Positions 28,728 through 37,098 of a stretch of DNA of 64,000 nucleotides are shown here, in pieces. The DNA is taken from positions 1-64,000 of the IMG/VR virus record IMGVR_UViG_3300031251_000010; one strand, 5' to 3'. This DNA comes from a virus. A program made the position numbers and the translations under genes. Under the pieces are notes generated by a model. That model worked only from the letters and a program-made list of their open reading frames with translations, searched no databases and was not told where the DNA came from. The first letter of the stretch is position 1. Every line of letters starts with the position of its first letter.

Positions 28728-30428
28728 CTACAGGTCGCCGCGCGCGAAGTCCGAGATGAGCTGCGGTACAGCGCTATCGAACCCGGACACGTCCAGCTGG
28801 CGCGGGTCCGTGGGATTAGCGATGGTCTGCCGACCGCCGGTCATCGCGACAACCATCAGGCTGGTATCCAGACCGAGCTTGTTCCGGTACTCGGTGAGCG
28901 CCTGGTGCGGATGGATGCTCCCGTACCAGGTTTCGTTGTCGGTGAGGATCACGATGGCGTCGTAGGAACGCTTCTGCGCCTTGGCCCACACCATCGGTAG
29001 CGCGCAGTCCGTGGCGCCCATGGGCAGGTCGCGGGTGTACCGGCACACGTCATCAAGGCGGCGACGCGGCGAGATGTCCAGCTCTGTAATACCGGGTGCG
29101 TTGAAGCTGCCACGAGAGCCTGCGGTGAATCCGATGATGTCGTGGCTGGGCTCCACGTTGGCGATCACCAGTGCGAGCGCGGCGGCGGCCTCGCGGCACG
29201 TGAGGGGCATCCCCGAGATGGCCGCGCACATGGAGCCGGAGATGTCCAGCGCCAGCAGGGTCCGCTTACCCGAGGGCTCGACGGCGCCGTAGGCGTTGTA
29301 GAACGCCGCATCCAGCGCGTCAACGATGCGCCGGTTCGGCGTCCAGGCGGACTCACCGCGCGCCGAGTGCCCGGAGGCGTAGGTGCGCTGCGCGACAAGG
29401 ACGTTGACCGGGTGGACGCGGCCCTTCCGTAGCCGCTCGGTGTCCTGGAGCTGCGCGGTGACCCGGCTGGCGAGCTGACCGTTCAGCACGCCGAGGCGGG
29501 TCAGGCGGGGCAGCTGTCGCATGAGGGCGGTCTGCGGTAGGCCGTGCTCGATCAGCGCTTCCCAGATCGCGGGCTCGGTGAGAGCCTTGTCGGGGAAAGC
29601 TTCCCACGGCAGGCCGTTGCCCCGGCGGATGATCGCCAGCCACTCCTTGGCGGTGGTGGCGCGCTGCGCGGCCTCGTAGTCCGCGATGATGGCGAGCGGG
29701 TGCCCGTCAGCAAGTTCCACATTGGGCAGCTTCGGTAGCGTGGGGTTGCGCTCTCCGGCCTTGAGCTGCTCCGGGGTGAGGAGCGGCTGCTTCCAGTTGT
29801 AGTCGTTCAGGCCCTTGCCGACAGCCCAGTTGAACGCCATGCGGCGGGCCGGGTCGGCGGTGCGGGGGCCACTGAGCCGGAGCATGTCGCGGTGGGTCCA
29901 GCCGTCGCGCTGCCGGTACTTGACCAGCTGGTAGGCGAGCCGGTCCACCGGCTTGTCCAGGTACCAGCTGGAGACGGCGCGCTTCATCGCCGGTCCCCAA
30001 CCCCGGAACTGCTCCATGTACTTGGTGAACAGGTACAGGTGGGTGGCGGTGCGCGCGACTCGGGGCAGCGCAGCTGCGGCGGCACGGCGGCCATCCACGT
30101 TCTCGGCGGCCGACGCAATCGCGAGCGCGAACAGGGCCGGGTTCTGCTTGGGGGCGCGTCCAGCCTCGGAGACCTCAACGATCTTCTGCACGAGGGTCAC
30201 GGGATCGGTTGCGGCGAGCCGGATCACGACATCGGCAGCGTCGCGGGTCAGATCCTCGGCGGAGGTGTAGTAGGTGCCGCCGGTAGTACCGAGCGTCAGG
30301 AACCGGTGCAGCCGGGTCCAGTCGTCGGCCTGGAAGGTGTAGCCCCCGGCGGCGTTCTTGACCTGGCGCGGGTCCGCCTTCTGGGACTGGGGGGTGCGCC
30401 GCGTGCTGATCGAGGATAGAACGTCCAC
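28728..30428 (-). CDS. rsr: Ro60 / TROVE-vWA RNA-binding protein (Rsr ortholog)
   Basis: NAAGGYTF, RFLTLGT.GGTYY, KYRQRDGWTHRD, ALMRQL, RVHPV TROVE motifs; vWA MIDAS DISGSM, TDCALPM, TDNET, SGFD. Confidence 0.95.
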   Translation of the reverse strand: MDVLSSISTRRTPQSQKADPRQVKNAAGGYTFQADDWTRLHRFLTLGTTGGTYYTSAEDLTRDAADVVIRLAATDPVTLVQKIVEVSEAGRAPKQNPALFALAIASAAENVDGRRAAAAALPRVARTATHLYLFTKYMEQFRGWGPAMKRAVSSWYLDKPVDRLAYQLVKYRQRDGWTHRDMLRLSGPRTADPARRMAFNWAVGKGLNDYNWKQPLLTPEQLKAGERNPTLPKLPNVELADGHPLAIIADYEAAQRATTAKEWLAIIRRGNGLPWEAFPDKALTEPAIWEALIEHGLPQTALMRQLPRLTRLGVLNGQLASRVTAQLQDTERLRKGRVHPVNVLVAQRTYASGHSARGESAWTPNRRIVDALDAAFYNAYGAVEPSGKRTLLALDISGSMCAAISGMPLTCREAAAALALVIANVEPSHDIIGFTAGSRGSFNAPGITELDISPRRRLDDVCRYTRDLPMGATDCALPMVWAKAQKRSYDAIVILTDNETWYGSIHPHQALTEYRNKLGLDTSLMVVAMTGGRQTIANPTDPRQLDVSGFDSAVPQLISDFARGDL

Positions 30429-30453
30429 CGTGTGCTCCTTGCTGGGTTAGGTA

Positions 30454-30528
30454 GCGCGGGCGTGTGAGTGACCGCCGGGGTTCATCCAGTTGCGAGGTTG
30501 GGGTAACCGACCGTCGTCCTGCTCGCGC
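30454..30528 (-). ncRNA. Y RNA-like unit 5 (short, no tRNA-like domain)
   Basis: conserved 5' GAGCAGGACG..GGTCGGTTA and 3' CCGG...CACACGCCC; terminal stem GCGCGAGC/GCCCGCGC. Confidence 0.6.
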
Positions 30529-30543
30529 CAAGGGGGTTCGGGT

Positions 30544-30664
30544 GATGTGGGCGTGTACGTGCTGACCGGGATTTCGCTTTACACCCGCACCGAGGCACGG
30601 GCGACAGGGGTCGAACCTGCATTAACCAATTGAGTGATAACCGACCGAGCGTCCTGCTCACATC
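30544..30664 (-). ncRNA. Y RNA (YrlA-like) unit 4
   Basis: same conserved ends; T-arm GCAGG-TTCGACC-CCTGT, closed acceptor-like stem, degenerate D-arm. Confidence 0.75.
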
Positions 30665-30699
30665 GAAAAGCTATGGAGTTATTGATGATTCGCGTAGGT

Positions 30700-30841
30700 G
30701 GTGTGGGCGTGTGATTGCTGACCGGGTTTTTAGGTGCTCTACCAAGCTGAGCTATACGGACGCACTACGCGCCCGCAGCTGGATTTGAACCAGCGACCAC
30801 CCGCTCCAGATGCGATAACCGACCTGCGTCCTGCTCACACC
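30700..30841 (-). ncRNA. Y RNA (YrlA-like) unit 3
   Basis: T-arm GCTGG-TTCAAAT-CCAGC, closed acceptor stem, then D-arm TAGCTCAGCTTGGTAGAGC. Confidence 0.85.
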
Positions 30842-30863
30842 GACTACTACGAAGCCTTGGGGG

Positions 30864-30999
30864 TGATGCGGGCGTGTGTGTGCTGACCGGGGTTAAGCGC
30901 TCTACCGACTGAGCTACAGCTGCCGAAACGGCTGACGGGACTCGAACCCGCGACCTCTCCATTAGCAAGTGGTAACCGACCTGCGTCCTGCTCGCATCA
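30864..30999 (-). ncRNA. Y RNA (YrlA-like) unit 2
   Basis: T-arm GCGGG-TTCGAGT-CCCGT, closed acceptor stem, then D-arm TAGCTCAGTCGGTAGAGC. Confidence 0.85.
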
Positions 31000-31022
31000 T
31001 CAAATGTGAAGTTGTATCCGGG

Positions 31023-31194
31023 GGATGGCGTGGGCGTGTGAGGTGCCTGCCGGCGTTGATCTTGGATCAATGCATTCGGCCGCTCTGCCACGTCCACCTG
31101 GTGAGCCCGAAGCTCTTACCCGGAGGACGGCGGGATTCGAACCCGCGATCTGATGATTTTCAGATAACCGACTCGCGTCCTGCTCACGCCATCC
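31023..31194 (-). ncRNA. Y RNA (YrlA-like) unit 1
   Basis: T-arm GCGGG-TTCGAAT-CCCGC, extended acceptor stem with TTCG-containing loop, Ser/Leu-type D-arm TGGCAGAGCGGCCGAATGCA; ends GGATGGCGTG/CACGCCATCC pair. Confidence 0.85.
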
Positions 31195-31217
31195 ATGTTT
31201 TGTTGACTACGCAAAGA

Positions 31218-31248
31218 ACTATACCTCAGTAATGCCTGTTCAGGGCAT
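31218..31248 (-). promoter_or_regulatory. putative promoter of the Y RNA-Ro60 operon
   Basis: -10-like TATAGT (31218-31223, minus strand) about 25 bp upstream of unit 1; imperfect palindrome ATGCCTGTTCAGGGCAT just upstream. Confidence 0.45.
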
Positions 31249-31367
31249 ATTTTTTGAGTAAATAGCTATTCGCTAGCCTGCGTCTCCTGCACCAGGGGAA
31301 GTATGCCGTCGCGCCCCTCCAGCTGGCTACCGATTATCGGCCAGTCGAAGGTCATGCGCCCTTGGGA

Positions 31368-31916
31368 TTACCGAACAAGCTCCGTGCAGATCGTAAACAT
31401 GCGGATGGGGTGTTGGTATCCGACGGGGCACATGTCAGCGGTCCTGGCGCCGAGGACCACCCTGGTCGGCCGGAAGCGACTCACAGCTGTGGCGTCGTCG
31501 CATGCCACGGCCCGTGTGGCGTCATCGGTGATGCTCAGGCAGTTTGAGCTGGTCCAGTTCAGGTCCAGGCATGCGGTCCATTCACCTGCGGCAGTGTTTC
31601 GGTAGTAGCGCCGGTCCACGTCGCGGACACAGTCTTTCGGCTCGATGACACGTTGCACGATCCGGTGGGTAGCGTCTGGAGCGTCGCACTTCGTCAGTTT
31701 CATCGCAGCATCGTGGCGCGGGCCGGTGATCTTGACGCATGCGCCCACCGGGGCGTCGTCCGCTCCTGCGGCTGTCGTGGTGGCAGGGGTGGGGAACTGT
31801 CCGGGGATCTGCGCGAAGTTGGAGTCGGCTTTCAGTGCTTCGGTGGGGGTCTCGCATCCCGATAGCGATAGCGCTAACACCGCAACACCGACCGCGAGGG
31901 CGCTTGCTCGCCTCAC
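31368..31916 (-). CDS. LppU-like lipoprotein
   Basis: lipobox LSGC; Cys-rich PVGACV...WTACLDLNW. Confidence 0.7.
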   Translation of the reverse strand: MRRASALAVGVAVLALSLSGCETPTEALKADSNFAQIPGQFPTPATTTAAGADDAPVGACVKITGPRHDAAMKLTKCDAPDATHRIVQRVIEPKDCVRDVDRRYYRNTAAGEWTACLDLNWTSSNCLSITDDATRAVACDDATAVSRFRPTRVVLGARTADMCPVGYQHPIRMFTICTELVR

Positions 31917-32422
31917 TTGGCGTCGGCCCTGAACGTCTCCACACTCATGACTTTCCATTGCCCATTGAGTCGATACATGCTGTACCGGACCCGCGCTCCG
32001 GTGTAATAGTACATATTCTCCGGTTTTGCGTTTTTCTGGTCCTCGAATTCGGTGTAGACGAACGCATCGTAGACGAGATCGCCGCGCGCAAGAATGCCGA
32101 AATCGGCAATATGCATTGGCCCGTGGTCCAGTATCTCCGACGCCATCTCGCGGACATACCCCGTTTTATAGAACGGGTTGAGGTGTTCTTCGGCTATGCC
32201 AGTCGATAGCGATTCAAGGCGTTTGAGGTCACCAGAATTCAATGCATCGACATATTGCTCGATCACCTGGCGTACTTCTGCATCGTATTTATCCGATGTG
32301 GTGCTGGGGTGCTGCATGCACAGAACATAGGTCAGCAGCGAGGCGATGGCAATCGTGGCTACCCAGGCCACTCCGACCACCGCCGCGCGCCGACTAAATC
32401 TCTCGCGAAGGTAAGTAATCAT
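31913..32422 (-). CDS. membrane-anchored protein, candidate immunity protein
   Basis: N-terminal TM, NTF2-like pattern (YVDALNSGD...NGQWKV); coupled to upstream secreted protein. Confidence 0.5.
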   Translation of the reverse strand: MITYLRERFSRRAAVVGVAWVATIAIASLLTYVLCMQHPSTTSDKYDAEVRQVIEQYVDALNSGDLKRLESLSTGIAEEHLNPFYKTGYVREMASEILDHGPMHIADFGILARGDLVYDAFVYTEFEDQKNAKPENMYYYTGARVRYSMYRLNGQWKVMSVETFRADAK

Positions 32423-33885
32423 GCGGTAGGCCCCTTTTCAAGGCACTGGAGGGTGCTTGAATAGGACGGGACCGCCCAAATTCCCTCAACGAACTCTGTT
32501 ACCTGGAATCCTTCTTTGAACCGGCGAAAATAGTTCGACTGACCGCCGATGGATTGGTTGAGAGCGATATCCATGGGAAGCACTTGGCGGTCATCGACTG
32601 CTGTTCCACCCCATGTTAGATCCGGCATGTGGCCCGGCGCTTTGCCTTTAAAGGCATCTTCACCAAAGATTGCTATCGCCCTCTTGATATCGTCTTTTCG
32701 GCGGGTGTCCATGCCAGCGGTCGTACGTTTGACTACTATGCCGCCCTTTTCCTCATTCTTCTCAATCAGTTTATTTCCGCCGTTTATATAGTCCTTCATG
32801 CCGTCTATCTGGAATTGTGATGGGTTCTTGACATCCTTGGGGTAGCAGATCGGAACCCTGCCCTTGCAACCCGGCTCCCCGGTCTTGCACTCCTCGGAAA
32901 AGTTATCCATCCAAGGATCGATGTAGTCATTGCACACCTGCTTGGCAGCCGGGTTAGGTATCAGCTTGCACAGCGGATTCTGCGGCTTACGATCCGGTGG
33001 GCAGTCTGTACATTCAAGCGGCTCAATCGGCAAGCGGCCGGGAGAACGCTCACCGCCCGGTCCTAGTGTTCCGCCGCCGCCCTTGGGCTTGGGCAGCACC
33101 TCGTCGGCCGCGTCCCCAACCTGCTGAACGACGTCAGCGACCTGCCCGGCAGTCTCGGTCAGCTGGTCCATCTGCTGCGACATCGCCTGGCAGCGCTGCT
33201 GCCGCTGCTGGTCACCCTGGTCCTGCTGGTCCTGCTGGTCCTGCTGGTCTTGCTGCTCGGGCTGGTTCTGCTGCTGACTTTGTTGCGGCGACTGCTGCTG
33301 CCCCTGCTGTGGCGACTGCTGACCCTGCTGAGGTGAACTCTGCTGCGGCGCTTGATAATCAGGGTTCGGCTTACCCGGCCCCTGCGTGTACCCCGGCGCG
33401 GTCGAATAATCGGGAATCTGGGTACCGTGAGCGGGCTGATCCCAGCCCTGTTGGGGCTGTTGTCCGCCTTGCTGACCTCCGGCTTGTTGCCCGGCCTGCG
33501 GCGCGCCGGAATTGTAAATTGAGATCCCCGAATTCTGGTCCAGGGGCGGTAAGTTGTTGCCGCCCTGGTAATCCGGCATCGACGGCGGTTGCGCGGGCGG
33601 TTGGAACTGCGAGCCCCCGCCGTCGGTCATGCCGCCCGTAGGCCCAGGCGGGCCAGTCGGCTCCGCTCCCACCGTCGCCAACGTGGAGAACCCGCTGCCC
33701 GGCGCCGTGTGCAGAGTCGCGACCTCGACCGTGCCCGCCCCCACTGCCAGGACTGCGACCGCAACTAGTGCCGCACGCACCCGCTTCCTTGCGCGTTGAA
33801 CCTGTGGCTTGTTTGGCGGGTGTTGCAGTACTCGACACCAGTGTGATTTGCACTGGTTGCCTGGGGAGGGGTTGCCAGAGGCCAT
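32419..33885 (-). CDS. secreted protein with Gln/Pro-rich linker and putative HNH-like C-terminal toxin domain
   Basis: hydrophobic N-terminal segment, Q-rich linker, C-terminal GHMPDLTWGG...LNQSIGGQ. Confidence 0.55.
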   Translation of the reverse strand: MASGNPSPGNQCKSHWCRVLQHPPNKPQVQRARKRVRAALVAVAVLAVGAGTVEVATLHTAPGSGFSTLATVGAEPTGPPGPTGGMTDGGGSQFQPPAQPPSMPDYQGGNNLPPLDQNSGISIYNSGAPQAGQQAGGQQGGQQPQQGWDQPAHGTQIPDYSTAPGYTQGPGKPNPDYQAPQQSSPQQGQQSPQQGQQQSPQQSQQQNQPEQQDQQDQQDQQDQGDQQRQQRCQAMSQQMDQLTETAGQVADVVQQVGDAADEVLPKPKGGGGTLGPGGERSPGRLPIEPLECTDCPPDRKPQNPLCKLIPNPAAKQVCNDYIDPWMDNFSEECKTGEPGCKGRVPICYPKDVKNPSQFQIDGMKDYINGGNKLIEKNEEKGGIVVKRTTAGMDTRRKDDIKRAIAIFGEDAFKGKAPGHMPDLTWGGTAVDDRQVLPMDIALNQSIGGQSNYFRRFKEGFQVTEFVEGIWAVPSYSSTLQCLEKGPTA

Positions 33886-34121
33886 GGGGAAGACATTAGA
33901 GCACGGTGATCTGCGGTAAAAGCTGTTCTAGAAAACAAATCAAGATCTTTGCGGCTGAGCAGTCGGCGACCTGCGGAAAGGTAGCTTTGTGTGTCAGCTC
34001 CCGGACAAGCGGTGCGTTCAATGACTGCTCGCGAGCTGCGGTGCTTATACCGTCGCAACCATCGAACGTCCCAATTGGCTGGTGATAAGCTACGGCAAAC
34101 AGGCGGCGAGGGGGGTTGCGG

Positions 34122-34448
34122 GTGACTGAGCAGCTGGAAGTTGATCTTGATGCTCTGGGGAAGTTATCCCCTGAGTTGCAAGGCTTGGCAACGAAGTTGA
34201 CCACGGCCGCCAATAGCCACTCCGGCGTGGAGTCGGGCGGTTCGCCCGCGACGACTGCCATCCGCGCCTTGGTGGAGAAGTCGATACCCGGCGTACAGCG
34301 CACGTTGGCGGCGCGGCTGAATACCGTGGCCGATTTGTCCCAGCAAGCCAAGACGCAGTTCGGCGACACCGAGGCACACATACAGCAGACCATCAGATCC
34401 GCGGCGGGGCTGGCGCTCACACGCGATGTCCCGATCGGGGATCACTGA
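34122..34448 (+). CDS. WXG100-like / type VII secretion target
   Basis: ~108 aa helical protein, LEVDLDAL start and FGDTE end; TGATG-coupled to a large gene. Confidence 0.6.
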   Translation: MTEQLEVDLDALGKLSPELQGLATKLTTAANSHSGVESGGSPATTAIRALVEKSIPGVQRTLAARLNTVADLSQQAKTQFGDTEAHIQQTIRSAAGLALTRDVPIGDH

Positions 34449-36703
34449 TGTCCGCCCGCTCGTACAAGCTCCTGCTGTCCACGCCCACGAAGGCGAACAT
34501 CGAACTGATGCGCCAGACCATGGTGGCCGCCGTAGAGATCCAGCAGACCGGGGCCGACTACAAGAACGCAGTAGAGCGCCCGGACGGCCACCCGTGGGAA
34601 GGCGCGACGGCGGACGCCGCCCGCGAGACTGCCGGCAGCGACGAGAAGGTGTTCTTCGGGACCGGGCAATCGATCCTCAACGACGCCCCGAAGGTGATCG
34701 ACACCCTTTCCCAGGCGTTGGAGCACCAGAACGCCACCATCGCTCTGCATGACGATGCGATCAGCAACCACTACAAGGTGGCCGATGATCTGACCGTCGA
34801 GTGGGAGGTGCCGAAGGGGGCGTCCGAGGAGAACATCGCCAAGGGCAAGCAGTACGCCGCGAACCTGCAAAAGATGCTGCAAGCCAAGTACGACGCGTGG
34901 GCGGCAGCCGATCTACAGGCGGCCAACGAGGTCAAGGCCATGGACCTCGATACCCTGCTGGCGCCCGTGGGTGGGTTGGACGCCGCGCGCGGAAACGAGG
35001 ATGGTTCCGCGCTGCAAGGCGGCTACATCGACCCCGAGCTGATCAAGCGGGTACGGGCCGCCGGGTTCCTGTCGCCCGAGCAGGTGGCCGCGCTGGCTGA
35101 CGGCAAGACGGTGACCATTCCGTCCAACCAGATGCAGTACCTGTATCAGCTGTCCCGCTCGCTGGACGGTAAGACACCGGGCGAGGTCAACGCGTTCCTC
35201 AATGGAATCAAGAGCCCTGAGGACCGTACGGCGGTCAAGGACGCGCTGGCGATGGTGTCCAACCGGAACATCCGCTCCGGGGTGGACAACAAAGCCGGGG
35301 TCACCGAGGCCACACGCGCCAACTTCATCCCGGCGGCGGGCTCGGTGTCGAATCTGCCCGATGGGCTTCGCGAAGCCCTGACGCGACCCGACCGGGTGGG
35401 TACCTCGTTCGACAACGCGGCACGGGGGTACGGCGGACCGCAGACCGAACTACGTGGCGTCGGTGATCTCCAAGATGTCGCCAAGATCTTCAACGGCGTC
35501 ACGCCGGGATACCTCAACGGATCGGACGCCACGCAGGCGATGCTCGGCGCCGCGTCCGACTACTCAAACGCCGAGATCCACACCTGGGACAAGGACTGGA
35601 AAAACCTCAGCGGCAGTATCACCTCCGATGCCCATGGCGACTTCAAATCCGCCGTAGCCGACATCTTCCAGGGCGCCAGCAGCGACCACGTGGACATCGC
35701 CGACATGGCCAAGAAAGCCGCCGACCTGCCCAGCTCTACCGACTCACTTCTGAGCGCGATCAACGACAACCGCTGGAACGGGCAGGACGCCAAACTCGCC
35801 GACGTATTCAACTGGGCCGCAGACGATCCCGGCAACCCGCTCGCCCAGCAGGTCGCCAACGCCGAGGGTCATTTCCTCGGAAACCCGGACAACCAGGAGA
35901 CGCTGCGGGGCATGCCTGGACCGCACATGAACTTAGGTGAGGGCGATTCATTCGCCGAGGCGAACCCCCATCTGGCCCAGAGCGCGGCCCGGCTCGACGC
36001 CCCGCACATCGCCGAGCTCAATGGGGCACAGAACCCCAACGCGCCCGAGATCAAGGCGTTCGACTTGCCCGATCAGGGCAAGAATCTGATGGCTAACCTC
36101 GACCGCAATGAGGACGCAGCTCGGATCATCAACGGCGGTGCGTACCACGGGTACATGGAGAACCTCGCCGACGCAGCGCAAATGCCCACGGACACCCCGC
36201 AAGAGCGTGCCACCCAGGATCACGCCTTCCAGGTGGGCGGCCAGATACAGCATGGAATGCTCGACGGCGCGGCCGACGCTGGCACAGAGCCGCCGGAGAA
36301 ATCGATCAAGAAGCTCGGCGAATGGTTCAGCGGTCAGGCGGGAGTAGACAAGCCCCTCGGGCTGCTGGAAGGTGTCGACAAGGCTGTGCACGGAGATGCC
36401 AACCCCGCCGACGCGGCGCGTTCGATGGTCTCCACTGGTGATTACGGATTCAGCACGACCGACAGCTACAAGGCGATACTCGATGGCCTCATTCAAGCGA
36501 ACCCGGACATTGCCAGCAGCGAGGGAGTGAAGGACTACATCACCGGCGGCCACCTCGATCCGTTCAAGATCGCTGCGGACCCCAACGCCGAGACCGCCCT
36601 GAAAGCTGCCCTGGATAGCAATAACTTCAACACCGACCACTGGGCAATCCAGGAGTCGTTGGGAAACAACGGGGTTCATCAACGATGGCAACCACACGGG
36701 TAG
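34448..36703 (+). CDS. putative ESX-secreted polymorphic toxin
   Basis: 751 aa with N-terminal WEG(ATADAA) WXG motif and YKVADDLTV; between WXG100-like gene and lipoprotein. Confidence 0.65.
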   Translation: MSARSYKLLLSTPTKANIELMRQTMVAAVEIQQTGADYKNAVERPDGHPWEGATADAARETAGSDEKVFFGTGQSILNDAPKVIDTLSQALEHQNATIALHDDAISNHYKVADDLTVEWEVPKGASEENIAKGKQYAANLQKMLQAKYDAWAAADLQAANEVKAMDLDTLLAPVGGLDAARGNEDGSALQGGYIDPELIKRVRAAGFLSPEQVAALADGKTVTIPSNQMQYLYQLSRSLDGKTPGEVNAFLNGIKSPEDRTAVKDALAMVSNRNIRSGVDNKAGVTEATRANFIPAAGSVSNLPDGLREALTRPDRVGTSFDNAARGYGGPQTELRGVGDLQDVAKIFNGVTPGYLNGSDATQAMLGAASDYSNAEIHTWDKDWKNLSGSITSDAHGDFKSAVADIFQGASSDHVDIADMAKKAADLPSSTDSLLSAINDNRWNGQDAKLADVFNWAADDPGNPLAQQVANAEGHFLGNPDNQETLRGMPGPHMNLGEGDSFAEANPHLAQSAARLDAPHIAELNGAQNPNAPEIKAFDLPDQGKNLMANLDRNEDAARIINGGAYHGYMENLADAAQMPTDTPQERATQDHAFQVGGQIQHGMLDGAADAGTEPPEKSIKKLGEWFSGQAGVDKPLGLLEGVDKAVHGDANPADAARSMVSTGDYGFSTTDSYKAILDGLIQANPDIASSEGVKDYITGGHLDPFKIAADPNAETALKAALDSNNFNTDHWAIQESLGNNGVHQRWQPHG

Positions 36704-37098
36704 CGGGTGCGCTCGCAGCGGTCCTGGCCACGGCGGTGACCGGGTGTCACGGGCCATCCCAGCCAGCACCAACCACCACCTCGACGTGGCGCCTCACGCG
36801 TGACGCTGGCTCTGAATGCACACCGGATCAATGGGGAGCAACCGATCCCTCGGGTCTGAAACTTGAGTGCTGGCAGCGGAACCCAGACAAGATCGAACTT
36901 GGCCGCTGGTGGGCCGTGCACGTCACGGACGGACCCGACGCCATGGGGTCGCCTTGCCCCCGCGACGGTATCCCCGGTATCACCAACGTTCCAGTACCGG
37001 ATGGGTCTAAGCCTGGGAGTGGATTCCGCCTTCTGATGTGCCAGAACGGCAAGTGGAAGAACACCCCCGAGGGCTGGCCCGAGGGCACCTCGGCCTAG
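36685..37098 (+). CDS. lipoprotein, candidate immunity protein
   Basis: lipobox VTGC; overlaps the toxin 3' end. Confidence 0.55.
   Translation: MATTRVAGALAAVLATAVTGCHGPSQPAPTTTSTWRLTRDAGSECTPDQWGATDPSGLKLECWQRNPDKIELGRWWAVHVTDGPDAMGSPCPRDGIPGITNVPVPDGSKPGSGFRLLMCQNGKWKNTPEGWPEGTSA

Noticed and set aside
30765-31097. 110-aa ORF across the array
   Set aside because: Its translation is the typical read-through of tRNA-like sequence and it overlaps structured RNA units.
30454-31194. CRISPR array
   Set aside because: The repeats are bipartite and degenerate, they pair around structured inserts of uneven length, and no cas genes are recognisable. A Y RNA array fits better.
30544-31194. Canonical tRNA gene cluster
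   Set aside because: The T-arm precedes the D-arm, acceptor stems are closed by loops, and there is no anticodon loop or CCA end.
33190-33350. CTG-rich tandem repeats as a regulatory or array element
   Set aside because: They encode the Gln-rich (QDQ/QQ) linker of CDS 32419..33885.
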